This document shows positions 13,201 through 24,903 of a stretch of DNA of 64,000 bases, piece by piece (position 1 is the first letter of the stretch; each line of letters begins with the position of its first letter). The notes under the pieces were generated by a model. That model was given only the letters and a program-made list of their open reading frames with translations. It ran no database searches and was not told the origin of the DNA. The stretch spans positions 31,272,935-31,336,934 of the forward strand of contig NC_081384.1 in assembly GCF_030684315.1 (NCBI RefSeq), written 5' to 3'. Source of the stretch: Stegostoma tigrinum (lineage: Eukaryota). A program made the translations under genes and the position numbers.

Positions 13201-16200
13201 CAGGCAAGTGTTCATTTTCCCAGTGGCAGATTAAAGTTTTGCCATTGAGTTCTCAGAACCTTTCATATTGGTCTTCTTTGGGAACCTCTTATGCATTCGT
13301 AGATGCTCATTATTATCTCAGTCCACTGGAATTACATTTTATGTGTGCAATCTTATTCAGCAAAGTTGGGAAATGTGTATTTACAAACACACTATTTATG
13401 AGGTGTACTTAGTAGGGTAGACTTTTCCTCCAAGCTCTGGTGAGTACTAGCTTCTTTGGAAACTTTACTCTTTCAAGGCAGGCATTACTTGGTGCAAACA
13501 GTTATAGATAAGTGATGAAACATGTCTGGATCAAAAAAACTCTTGAGAAGCCTCAGTCATGTACACTCTTGCTTGTTGTTGTTAAACACTGGTAGAATAA
13601 GGGGTGAAGCTTCATTTGGCCAACAAGTGAAGCAGCCGTACTGGCCGATGACTGAAAATCTGACTGTGGCAGGCAAGCATGTCTGAACTGTAATGAAAGA
13701 TCATTGACACGGTGGTGTATGAGTGCTTGTGATGCTACATTTTTCCTGGTCTCTGACATTCCCTGGATTCCCTGGGTTGCGAAAAGAGAGGTTGATTGAT
13801 GCACCTGAGCTGCAGAGAATGAAATGCTGTCTGGGTACTTTTAACTATGGAGCTCAGACTTTGGAGGTCCTGATGGGGAGCAGAGCCTCTTGCTCATAAA
13901 ATTTGGCATTTTACCCATGCCTGCAGATTTAATGGACTGAGCAGAATGTAATCACAAAAGAAAACCTGATATGTCTGATGTATAAGTCTCATCCACTTTA
14001 GACTCATCTTGACACTTAGTCCCACAAAAAGGAAATTCCACTCGTGGTTACAGAGTCTATCAGGAAGTCCTAGATGGTGGCATGCATTACTTCATGATCC
14101 TAAGCTGTTTCTGTTCCCAAGCTGCTATAACAACATAATGGATGTTGCCTAAGGCACTCCTCATCCATTCACATTTTCGGATCCTCACACACTTATACAA
14201 CATCTCCCTCAGGCTAATGCTTCCAATATTAACATTTTTACATTTTTATAGAATTACTTTCACCACTATATCATTTTTTTTCCACGTTTCTGACTTCACA
14301 AATTTAGGTGGTCCTAGCATCATACAGCACACAAACAGCCCCTACGGTTCAACCAGTCTATGCCAACCGTAATCCTAAACTAAACTAGTTCCACTTGTCT
14401 GTGTTTGGCCCATATCTCTCCAAACCTTTCTTATTCATGTATTTATGTCCTTTAAATGTTTTAAGTGTACCTGCACTCTTCATTTACTCTGGAAGCTCAT
14501 TCCATACACAAACCACACTCTGTGTAAAAAAAAGTTGCTGTCATGCCCTTTTAAAACCTTTCACCTCTCATATGCACCCTAGTCCTGCAGATTTGACTGT
14601 TCTCCGAGACTTTGAGCATCTGTGGGTTGAAGATTATTGACTTTACTGATTCTCTTCCTGGCAGTAGAATGTCTGAAAGTTTCGTTAAACTGGACTAACT
14701 TAATTTCTTGAATTTTCTTCAAAGAGGACCTCTGCCCTAGTGACAAGGGCACTTTATGCACTATTGCAGGTTGTTAGTCCAGATCATTTCTTCTTTGTTT
14801 CAGCCTGGATTTCTAAACTACGTAGTTTAGGCATCGACAAAGAAGAAATTCTTCATAATGATTGTCCCTTCTTGCTCGTGAATTCCATGGTGTTGTATGT
14901 CCTACATTTTCAATCTGCATGTACAGATTTTTATCCTCAATCTACCAGTAAATTCATATGGCAGTGTGTAGACTCTCTACTTCAACTTCTTGCTTGTTTA
15001 GATATTTTTATTCACTCATGTTGATTGCAGTATTGATAAAGTCAGCGTGCTTGCTTCCTCAATTGTACTACTTGAAATTTGTTTCTTATTTGGCACAATT
15101 TCTGTCACGTATTTGGGATTCTTCATGGGAAGACGAGGAAATGGAATACTTTGATTGAATTTGCATCATGTGAATCATCTCGGCACCTGGCACCAAACTT
15201 AAATCTGTTATTACTTATTCACTTAGCTGTGTTGCATTCTGAATTACATTAGTTAAAGATTCATCCCTGAGCTCAAGTGGGCTATGCTGCTCACTGGCAA
15301 TCTGGTTGCTAGTGTTTGTTCACAAACCTTGGAGACCTTTGAAGTCTGAACTCTGTTTAGTTGTGGAAAACTTTTCTGTGAATCCAGTACAGTCACTTGC
15401 TTACGGTATGAAGTGAATTTCCTATGCTAACATACCTAATCTCAATGGATCTTGCCTTTTGTATGGATTATTCTATGAGTTTAGAGTGTCCTATGAAATC
15501 ATTTGTTGGGTGTGCCTTGACTGGTTGTTACAATACATATCCAATCTGTTGTTTCATGTCTGCTGCTCATAGTTTTTCATCTTGAATGAGTTTGACTCCT
15601 TCTAACATTTGAAGAAGATTAAGATTTTCACTCATGCTTAAGAGTTAGAATTCTTGATTGTGAAGTACATACAAGTTTTCTACCATCTGAAACCTCCTGT
15701 GTTGGAGAATTGCTTGTATCATACCTTTAATCTTAAGTGCTATACCTCCTGGACCATGTAATTCCACTGCTTTGGCTATAGATAACGTTTCTTCATCCAC
15801 AGTACATTGTCTGATTTTTTTTTAATGAGTTTGCCCCATAACAAACTTAAAATTAGTGAGATGTTCATTGACTTAAACATTTCCTTACCAGAAAGCATCG
15901 TCTGGATCATCTAGGAATACCTTTGACTTTTCTTCTATTGTAGTGTGTTTTACTGTAGTGAGCTTCTTCATGTGAGTAAACATTTGGCTTCTTCCTGCAC
16001 TGTGACTGCGTCTTACTTCACCGCATTTTCTGTAAGTACACTCCGAAGCATTACTCTTTCAAAACTGAGCACTGCTTCTGCCTGTGATTATTCCTTGTTC
16101 CACAGTGCTGACAAAGGCTGTTAGTTTGTGTTGTTCTGCTCTCAGTAGAGATTTCTCGTGTTTTTCGGGGTTTGGTACCTTGGGATTTGAATGGGCTCTG
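10300..16200 (-). mobile_element. Highly decayed LTR-retrotransposon-like fragments (gag/pol-like)
   Basis: Only vague motifs, e.g. QIRDR near 15110 and weak RT/RNase H-like words at 10650-11050. Boundaries are uncertain. Confidence 0.25.
14320..14575 (-). mobile_element. CR1 LINE 3' end fragment
   Basis: tttggcccatatc.ctc.aaacctttc.tattcatgta...taaatgtt is the reverse complement of the CR1 3' end seen at 35980-36050. Confidence 0.75.
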
Positions 16201-16209
16201 CTGATTTTT

Positions 16210-16465
16210 TAAAAAATTATTTCATGGGATGTCACTTTACTAGCTAGGCCGGCATTTATTGCCCATCCTTAATTGCCATGGAGAAGGTAATGGTGAGCTG
16301 CCTTCTTGAAGACACTGCAGTCCTTGGGTTATAGGTAGACCCAGATTACTGTTAGGAAGGGAGTTCCATGATCTTGACCCAGCAAGAGTGAAGGAAGGCA
16401 GTAAACCTCCAAGTCAGGATGGGGTATAACTTGGAAGGGGACTTGCAGGTGTGGTATTCTCAGGC
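16210..16465 (-). mobile_element. CR1/L2-group LINE 3' end
   Basis: ttcatgggatgt...gcatttattgcccatccttaattgcc.tggagaagg matches the tail of the 54310-56880 element. Confidence 0.75.
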
Positions 16466-16509
16466 AGGAATGGAAATCCCACAGCCTGTTGCAGTAAATT
16501 ACTCCCATA

Positions 16510-17680
16510 TTCCCTGCTGTAAGGAATTCCACAGATTCATTATCCTCTGAGAAAAGAAATTCTTCCTTTGTCTTAAATGTACAACCCTTAAATTCTGAGG
16601 TTTTGCATTCCTGTTCTAGACGGTCCCACAATGGGAAACAACCTTTTAGTATCTGCTCTATCAAGTTCCCTAAGAGTTTTGCATACTACAATAAGATCAT
16701 CGCACATTTTTCAGAATTCCAAAAAGTTCAATCCCAACCTCCCTCCTAAGTCAGCCCCTCCATGTTTTCATTTTAATATTCCCATCTACCCCTGTTGATG
16801 TTTGATTGTCTTGCCTCACAAGCATTTATCTACCTTAAAAATGTTTAATGATCCTACTTGCACCAGTTTCTGAGGCACATTTCCAAAGTTGCACATCTTT
16901 AGATAAATACAATTCTCTTCATCTCCGTTTTGAAAGAGTGACCCATTAATTTTAAAATAGTTCTAGTTCTGGTCTTACCCACAAGAGGAAACACCCTTTA
17001 TACATGCATTTTACCAAGACCATTCAGGATCTTTTGCACTTTCAAATTCTGTCTCACTCTTCCAAACATGAATAGAAACAAGCCCGCATTGTCCCAGCTA
17101 TCTTCACAAGATAACCCACTCATTCCAGTTATAAGTCTCATGAACTTGCTTTGAACTACCTCCAATGCATTTATGTTTTTCTTGAAACAAGACGTATTCA
17201 AGATGTAGTTTCACCATTGATGTTTACAATTGAACAGTAACATCCATACTTTTATGTTCACTTCTTCTTGTAATAAAGGAAAGCACCTCAATAGCCTTCT
17301 TGATTATGTGCTATCAACTGCATACAAAAATTCTGTGATTGATGCTTTGGAGCGCATATCCTGCAGCACCTCAGTTTTCAAATTGTTCTCCCTTTCACAA
17401 AACCTCATGATTATCTTGAGTTTTTCAATGTGCTACCATCTCTCTAATGGTTGATTTTAACACTTTCCTGACAACAGACGTCAAAATAATCAGCCTCCAG
17501 TCTCATGATTTTTAGCAATATTTGCTATTTTCCAATCTGACAGAAATTTTCCTGAATCTAGCAAGTTTTGAATAAATTGACGCCAGTACATCTTCTACCT
17601 TAGCAGCAACATCTTATAAGACTCTAGTATGAAGCCCATCGGGACCTGAAGACTCGTCAGCCTTCTACTTCATCACTTTG
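16510..17680 (-). mobile_element. CR1 LINE fragments
   Basis: Minus-strand peptide KKNINALEVVQSKFMRLITGMSGLS is CR1 ORF2 C-terminus-like; 3' UTR similarity. Confidence 0.7.
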
Positions 17681-17729
17681 CTTAGTCACATGTCAGTAGA
17701 TAGTCCCCTGCCTTTCAGCCAGAAGCCCT

Positions 17730-18465
17730 GGCTTCAAGTAACGTTTGCATGACACCAAGTTCCAGGAAGTGACAATCTGCAACAACAGAGAATCTGACCA
17801 TCATCCTTTGACATTCATTGGAATTACCATCACTGAAGCTGCCACTATGAACATTTTGGGGGCTATCAATGATCAGAAACTGAACTGGATCAGCTGTATA
17901 AATACTGTGGCTCCAAAAGCAGCTCAAAAGTTGTGAATTCTACAGCAAGTAACTCAACTGCTGACTCAACAAATCCTGCTCCCCTTTTAGTGTGACAGAA
18001 TAATGTCCACCTGCCTGACTAAGTGCAGTTCCAGCAACATTCAAGAAGTTTCATGCCACCCAAGACAAAGCAGCCTATCGACCAGCATAAGTGTTTAGTC
18101 CCTCAACTAGGATACACAGGGGCAGCAGTGTGTGCCATCTACCAGATAGATTGCAGTAACTCACCAAAGCATCCTTGGCTGTGTCTTCCAAGCCCATGAC
18201 CTCTACCATCTAGAAAAAGGAAGGAACCAGATGAATGGAAATTCCCTTCAAAGCCACACACCATCCTGACATAGAATTACTTCATCATTCCTTTACTGTT
18301 GCTGGATCAAAATGCTGACTTCTTCCCTGACAGTACTTTGGGTACACCTAAACTGCATGACCTGCAGCAGTTAAAGGCAGTGGGCCACCTCTACATATTT
18401 AGGGGCAATAAGGGATGGGCAAAAAATGTTGCTGTAGCCAATGAATCCTATATGCAGTGAAATAA
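17730..18465 (+). mobile_element. CR1/L2-group LINE 3' portion
   Basis: ILGAINDQKLNWISCINTVA..A.QKL is homologous to the 54813-55094 ORF. Ends agggatgggcaaaaaatg. Confidence 0.8.
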
Positions 18466-18639
18466 TAAATTACAAAATGTCCGCTCCAGAAATTGATGGT
18501 CAAGAAAAGTACTTTCATAATGGGCCAAATCTAAACATCCCTGTTTCTCATCTTGTAAACTGCTTCTGCAGTGGATCCAATCTCTTCACATCCTTTCTAT
18601 AATGAAGCTGACAAAACTACTTACAATACTTCAGCAAAT

Positions 18640-19185
18640 AAGAAGTGTAATAAGTGTCTTATAAAATTTCAACTTCACCCTCTTGCTCTTGCACTCTGTG
18701 CCCCTGTTAAACCAAGGATACTGTGTGCTTTACTTATTGCTCTCTGCATCAGCCCTGCCACCTTCAGTGACCTGTGCATATATACACTTTTGCTTCTGTA
18801 GACCCTTTAAAATTGCATCCCTATTTTGTATTATCTTTCAGTATTTTCCCTACCCACATACATCAGTAACATTTCTCAGCAGTGAAACTCATTGCCACAT
18901 ATCTACCCTCTTCACCAAATTGTCTGTGTCCTTTTGGAGTTTTACACTGTCCTCCTAAGATTAACATATCCTCCTAATGTATATCTTTAATTAATATATA
19001 TCAGGAAAAGCAAGGTTGCAGTGTCCCTAAGCAGATTGAAGAAGTTGAGATAGTTCTCCTTGGAGAGGAGAAGGTTAAGAGAAGGTCAGATAGATGTTTT
19101 CAATATTGTAAGAAGGCTGGATAGAGTAGGTGGTGACAAACTATTTCCATTTATATCATTGTCTCAGATTATAGGGCATATCCAA
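18640..19185. mobile_element. CR1 LINE fragments (18640-18980 minus; ~19030-19185 plus)
   Basis: Similarity to other CR1 copies in the window, e.g. ttctccttggagaggagaaggttaagagaagg. Confidence 0.55.
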
Positions 19186-20309
19186 GCAGTTCTTTTCAGA
19201 TTTGGTTAAATATAGTTAAGAGAAGTCTCAACAATAACAGTTTGCTTAAGTATGAATATTTATTAGATAATAAGATGAAAAAAGAAAGGAACATTTATTA
19301 AGTAAATAAAAGGAATGAAAAAGAAAGGAAAAGAAACAATAAGCTGCACACCGTTCTGCCCATTGGGGACCCCTCAATTGATTGCTGATCTGAAGGTTGA
19401 AGTTGTTCTTGGTACCATTCACGATCCTGATCCAAGGTGAGGTCCAGTTACTTGGAATGAAACTCTCTCTCTCTCTCTTATATGGAGTAACAAACAGTCA
19501 GTGCAAAAAACAGTACAAAAAAGCAATTTTGATTATGCCATCTTTGGCATATACAGAAATGTTGGCAGGACTCATTCAAGGTCATGCCATTGTCGAAAAT
19601 CATCAATATGATATTGGTGGTGCACTGAATGAATGGGCCCATTGGATGACACACAGATACCCAATCTTGTGTATTTGTGTGACTAAATAGACATTGAAGG
19701 GGAAGGAAAACAATACCTAGTTGAAGACGTCTAGACTGTGAGGTTAGGTGGAAGAATATATGGAAGGATCACAAGTGTTCAAAATTCTTCATGGAATATA
19801 AAATTTGAATCCTACTGTTATGTCTGTGATCATCATTAAATCAGATTACACCAGCTCAAGTTGAGAGAAGGAAGATCCATTCACTATTTAATTGAGCTTC
19901 TGTACACAGCGAGCACGTTACTTTGGCTTACCTTGTTGTGGGAGGCAAATACTGCAATGAAGAAAGAAAGGAGAATTCAATACACATTTGAAGGAGTATT
20001 AATAAAGTTTAGATTTTTGCACCAGCTGAGTTAACTACAGAGTTGTTTCTGCTTATGTCAGAGAAGATTTTCCTAGCCTATGGTCTTAAACTATAACATC
20101 ATAGAATTTTAGAAACAACAATTGAATACTCTAAGTTAATAAATTTGATTTAGAAAAAAAATGAAGATCACCATTCTAGCTTATTTCTTTCTTAATTCAA
20201 TAGTATGGAGTGATGTTTTATCATCTAAATCATGCGAAAGTATCAATTGATGATTAAAGTTACTTTTGAAAATAGAACATTTCTGATTTCACTTTTATTT
20301 GTATTACAG

Positions 20310-21997
20310 ACGTAAGTGAAACGTTTCTGATGATCAATGGAACTGTGCTAAGATCTCAAATGTCCCTAAGAAACCACAGAATATTGGAATCATTCTTTAA
20401 TCAAAATGTTGAATCTAGTAAGAAATTAGCCCGTGAGAACAAATTATCAAGATCTTCTAAGTTAGGTTTACTTCATCAAATAGAAGAAAGTGAAAAAAAC
20501 ATGTATGTTGGAAATCATTTAGATCCACGTTTGGCTGATCCAAAAGCATCCAGAATGTCTCATTTAAGTCGACTTAGGCAAAGACCAACCTTTGCTAGAG
20601 ATAATGGATTTAGTTCACACCTTGGCAGAGCAAACCATCTTCAGTGGAACATTAATGGAGGGAGAACTGGTAAACATAGTCCTTTGAACTTATTCAATTC
20701 TGACGATATTCCCCTGCAAAACCATCGACCACCCAAACATCTTAATCATGGGCCTCATCTGACCACAAGTGCTTCCAGTGTTGATAAAAATGTAAAGCAT
20801 AAAAAGCACAAAGTTATCAAGAGAGTTAGGCGGGGCAACCTCGAAGATCAAATAGAAAATATCAAGCAGGAAGTGAAGTCGACTACAGTTTTTACATTCA
20901 AAGAAACAACTACAGACAAACCAAACGTAATGTATGAATTTGATGAACATTACCCAGATATTATAGAACTGAACATTTCTACTCCAGAATCTGAAAATCC
21001 ACAAACTGTAGTGGAGTCCCCAGAAGTGGAAGTTTCTATGTTTGAAATACCCAGTATTCCTCCAGAAAACAGTGAAATACCTCAAGCCATTATTGAAATG
21101 GAAAATAGATCAGATGATAGTTATTCAGAAAAACATAACATTGAGTATGTAATAGCTGAGCAAAAGCCACTGCTAAGGAAAGCACTTGACCCTGGACATT
21201 TCAGTAGGTCTATGCAAGATACTGAGATTATTGATGTGGGTAATAATGAAGCATATACAGTTAATATTTCAGATGGGTCTTGGCACAAACCACTAGGTCA
21301 GTTCCTGGATAAAGCTGTGCAGAATGAAGTTGAGCCAAATTCTGTAACACAATCCAACACTAAGCTAACTCAACTTGAAATTATTAAACTACTCGAAGAT
21401 GCATACAAGCAATCTACCGCAGAGACCAATCACACTGAAGAGACCAGTACGACCAGAGTTTCAGAACACCGGACAACCACTCAGGCTGTGGAGAAAGTGG
21501 AAGGTAATAAAGATTTAATTCCCCCAGTACATCCCAAGAAAATAATAAAGGAATCAGTTAAAACTTCTTCATCAAATAATTCTAGAATCAAAACAAATGT
21601 TGATGATATGTTTGAGACTAAAGTTAATGAAGAAGTGCGAGCAGTAGAACCCAACAAGGATATACAAACTCTGTTTGCTCACGTAATAAGAATAATTAAG
21701 ATAGATTGTCTGAAACCTAAATTAAAGGCTGCTTGTACAGACCTTCTTACCAAAATAGGACACCTAATGAAGCAGTATGAAGGAAAAGAGTATTTACCTG
21801 AACTAGGGTCTTGGAATCCTTCTCTTTTGCGTCCAGACGATAAAGAAGAAGCAGGGGGAAAAGAAACAGATGTATTCCCTCCACCAATATCGCGACCACG
21901 ACCACAGCCGCGTCCACATCCGCATGCACACAAAGGACATGAAGCAGGAACGTATGTACCGAATTATGCTGAAATGCTTAATACAGAACCGTCAAAG
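20310..21997 (+). CDS. LRRC37-like gene, large exon (1688 bp): basic/His-rich then acidic Glu/Pro/Thr-rich stalk, followed by an LRRC37-type C-terminal motif
   Basis: Stop-free frame of ~560 codons. Acceptor ttttatttgtattacag is phase-compatible with exon 7902-8020 (TGT G|AC GTA AGT GAA...). Donor AAG|gtaatt. VRAVEPNKDIQTLFAHVIRIIKIDC....LKAACTDLLTKIGHLMK matches the LRRC37A/B C-terminal domain (recalled as [22 protein letters not shown]...ACAKLISRTGLLMK). Confidence 0.88.
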
Positions 21998-22474
21998 GTA
22001 ATTATATCAAATTCTTTATATCATATTCTTCCAAAACTCTTTATTTATGTATATATATATAAATTTGTCTTTTTTTAATCTTGCTGATAGCAATTTATTT
22101 TAGTGTAATTTCATATCGTGTTTTCATATTCTTCAATATTATTTTCCCTGTAAGAATGAATCCCCATTTTAGACATCTCATTTGCCTTTACATTTATGGT
22201 CATCTTTATCAGTGCATTCAATATTCTCACAAATATGTGTGTGAAAAAGTCTCATATCTTTCTATTATGAAGAAATTTGCATTTAGTACTCATTTCCTGC
22301 CCATAAACATTACCTTCCGAAATCATAATTGTTGAATAAATCTTTTATGTCCATATTTCCAACATGATATGCTTGTTTATCAGAGGAATTTCATTATGAA
22401 TGTTTACCGGTGACAGTGTAGTTAAGCTATTTAAGACTGGTAGCAGATCCCTCTGTTTCGTCTCTCTTTGACCT

Positions 22475-22545
22475 CAATTAGGGATGGGCCATAAATGCTT
22501 CCTAGCCAGCGACACCCTTATCCTGTGAATGAATAAAGAAAACAA
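22475..22545 (+). mobile_element. SINE/LINE 3' tail fragment
   Basis: caattagggatgggccataaatgct.cctagccagcgacaccct.atcc.gtgaatgaataaa. Confidence 0.7.
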
Positions 22546-24626
22546 AACCTTCCATGAGTCTCATTGGTTGTTGCTTAGCCCCTGACGCACCTTAACTTGA
22601 TTTTTCTCACCCATTTTGGCTTTTTCCATCAGATTGGTCAATCAATCTGGCATCCCTAACAGTTTCTCATCTTTGCTGCTTTTGTCATCCTCCACAAATT
22701 GCCAACTTAATCCTAAGTCTTCTTGGACCCTGATTCCATTTCTCTTGGTCTTCTTCCCTAATATTTTGACATCAGGTTGGAGCATTTTGTTTGCTTCCCT
22801 TAAGTTATTTCCCTAATCTAGTTCCAGCAATGTTACAGCTCTATGCCCACTTTACCGACATCATGTTTTTCTGCCACCCTGCAACTCTGAGCCTCCATAA
22901 TGGCCCAGACCCTCTCTATCTTTGTCACGTACATTTAGCGAGCATTTATCAGTCACTGATTGGGCCACAGGCCAGGGGTAGTCAGTGAAAAATATGAATT
23001 GTTGGCCATGGTAGTACAAGAATATGCCCTCTCTATATCCTTCCTTGGTTTGTGATACAGCCTGTTGCAGATAAGAGGTAAGTGGCATGCAACAGAATTG
23101 AGAGCCACAAGGGCACGTGATAGAGCTCAAGACTCGAGCGATACAAACGGGAATGTGAAAGCATTTGCAAAGGACATGTATGAAGTACAAAAGGATGGTG
23201 CCTAATTGCACATGAGAAGAACTACAAATGCTAAAGCTGCATAGTGAAGGATAGCGTAAAAGAGCAACATACACTACTGCAAAGCACAGGGTCCTGTGAC
23301 ATAATGGCATATGATAACTTAAAAACTATGCTACACTGGATATATATTTGAAAGACGTAATAGAAACTGAATCAGTATGGAGCGATAGACAATAAGCAAG
23401 ATAGCTGGTCCTTGCAATTAAAGCAGTAGGGAATCCAGTGAAAGCAAGTGGTTTTCATAAAGCAATTGACATATAGGATTATAATTTAATATAGAGATGG
23501 AATATGCCAGTGGCTGGAGAGCTGATGAAAGCCTTGTGACATCTCTTTCTGAGAAGGCCTGTTGAATTAAGTGTCAACCAAGCACTGAAGTAGACTACAA
23601 TGGGCATTTCCTTACAATCAGTGACTCAAGGGCCAAGAGTCTTGCCCGGAAAGAACTGCTAGCTCATCAGAGGCTACCTTCAATCCTTCCACAGGGGAAA
23701 GCATTATGTTCTGCCCACAATATTGAATTGGTATATATTCCTTGCAACACTTGCTCACCTTGTTTATTTACTTCCTTGACACACTGCCTATTCTTTTCTA
23801 TACAAAAGTAAAGAGGATAGATCAATCAGAGGACTGCAGAAATGAAAACCAAAGCTATGAGGAGAAAAAGAAACACAATAGCAGCCCACAAAAGAACTTG
23901 CAAAATAAACAAGAAGGATAGCCTATCCTCTTTCTATGTACAATGTCATAATTGATTCACTAATGTAAAATAACTTAAAATTATTAAATATTTGCCTTAC
24001 AGTACAATGGATATCACATTCACATGAAATGTCAGCACAACAAAATGGATAAAGGTGTGTTCTGTGTGAATCATCCCAAGCCACCTTTAATACAGCCACT
24101 TATTAAGAAGTCTCACAGTTAATCAAATTCTAAAACAATTGCTGAAACTTTATTGCATGTAGCAACCAAAGTACGACCCCTCAAGTAAGCAGATTAAGCC
24201 TCACAACCCAACTTGGCTATTGCCTAATTAATAGTGGAATTTAGCTATGATTCCAGTGAAGAGTGTCTGTATCTGGATGTCAAGGCTTCAGTTGTTGTGC
24301 AGTGTTGTTCTTCAAAGTTCTGCTCATGAAGAATCTTGGAGTTAAATTCTAATATTATTTTCTGACGCTCAAGTTTGTGGTGTGATATTATTGATGATGC
24401 TTTAGATTCTTTCATTCCAATCATTGATTACACTTTTGGAGTCCTCAAGTCTGTAGATTGCCTTCTTATCAGAAGTAACTTTGCTGTTCCTTGTCTTATT
24501 TGGTGTTAGCTGTCTTTTGAAAACCATTTACCTCAGGACATTCCTTCTGCAGACAGTCGTAATTGCTCATACGTCACAAGGCAGCAGGTTATCAAGCAGT
24601 ATTACCTCCTGTCTCTCAGGAAACAA

Positions 24627-24903
24627 AAGTCCACACCAAATATCAGAGCATCCCACCCAGACCCATCCCCCTATAATCCAGCTAATCCACATCACCCTGA
24701 ACACTATGGGCAATTGAACATGGCCAATCCACCTACCCTGTACATCTTTGGACTGTGGAAGGAAACCGGAGGAAACCCACGCAGACATGGGGAGAATGTG
24801 CAGACTCCACACAGACAGTCACCCGAGGCCGGAATTGAACCTGGGTCCCTGGCGCTGTGAGGCAGCAGTGCTAGCCACAGTGCCACCATGCCACCCTGCT
24901 GCC
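24627..24903 (-). mobile_element. V-SINE (HE1-like elasmobranch SINE), 3'-truncated, with a 14-bp TSD
   Basis: The minus strand has a tRNA-like head gtggcactgtggctagcactgctgcctcacagcgccagggacccaggttcaattcc and V-domain tgtgtggagtctgcacattctccccatgtctgcgtgggtttcc. The direct repeat ctctcaggaaacaa is at 24613-24626 and 24904-24917. Confidence 0.9.

Noticed and set aside
20690-21085. Antisense 131-aa ORF (also 21679-21933)
   Set aside because: Shadow ORFs of the real exon.
20330-22078. 582-aa ORF as a single-exon gene
   Set aside because: A good acceptor at 20309 is in phase with the upstream exons, a donor lies at 21998, and there is no signal peptide. It is better read as an internal exon.
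24830-24895. tRNA-like sequences (also ~8440-8515, 49880-49920, 57555-57614)
   Set aside because: These are A/B-box heads of SINEs continuing into SINE bodies, without a full cloverleaf.
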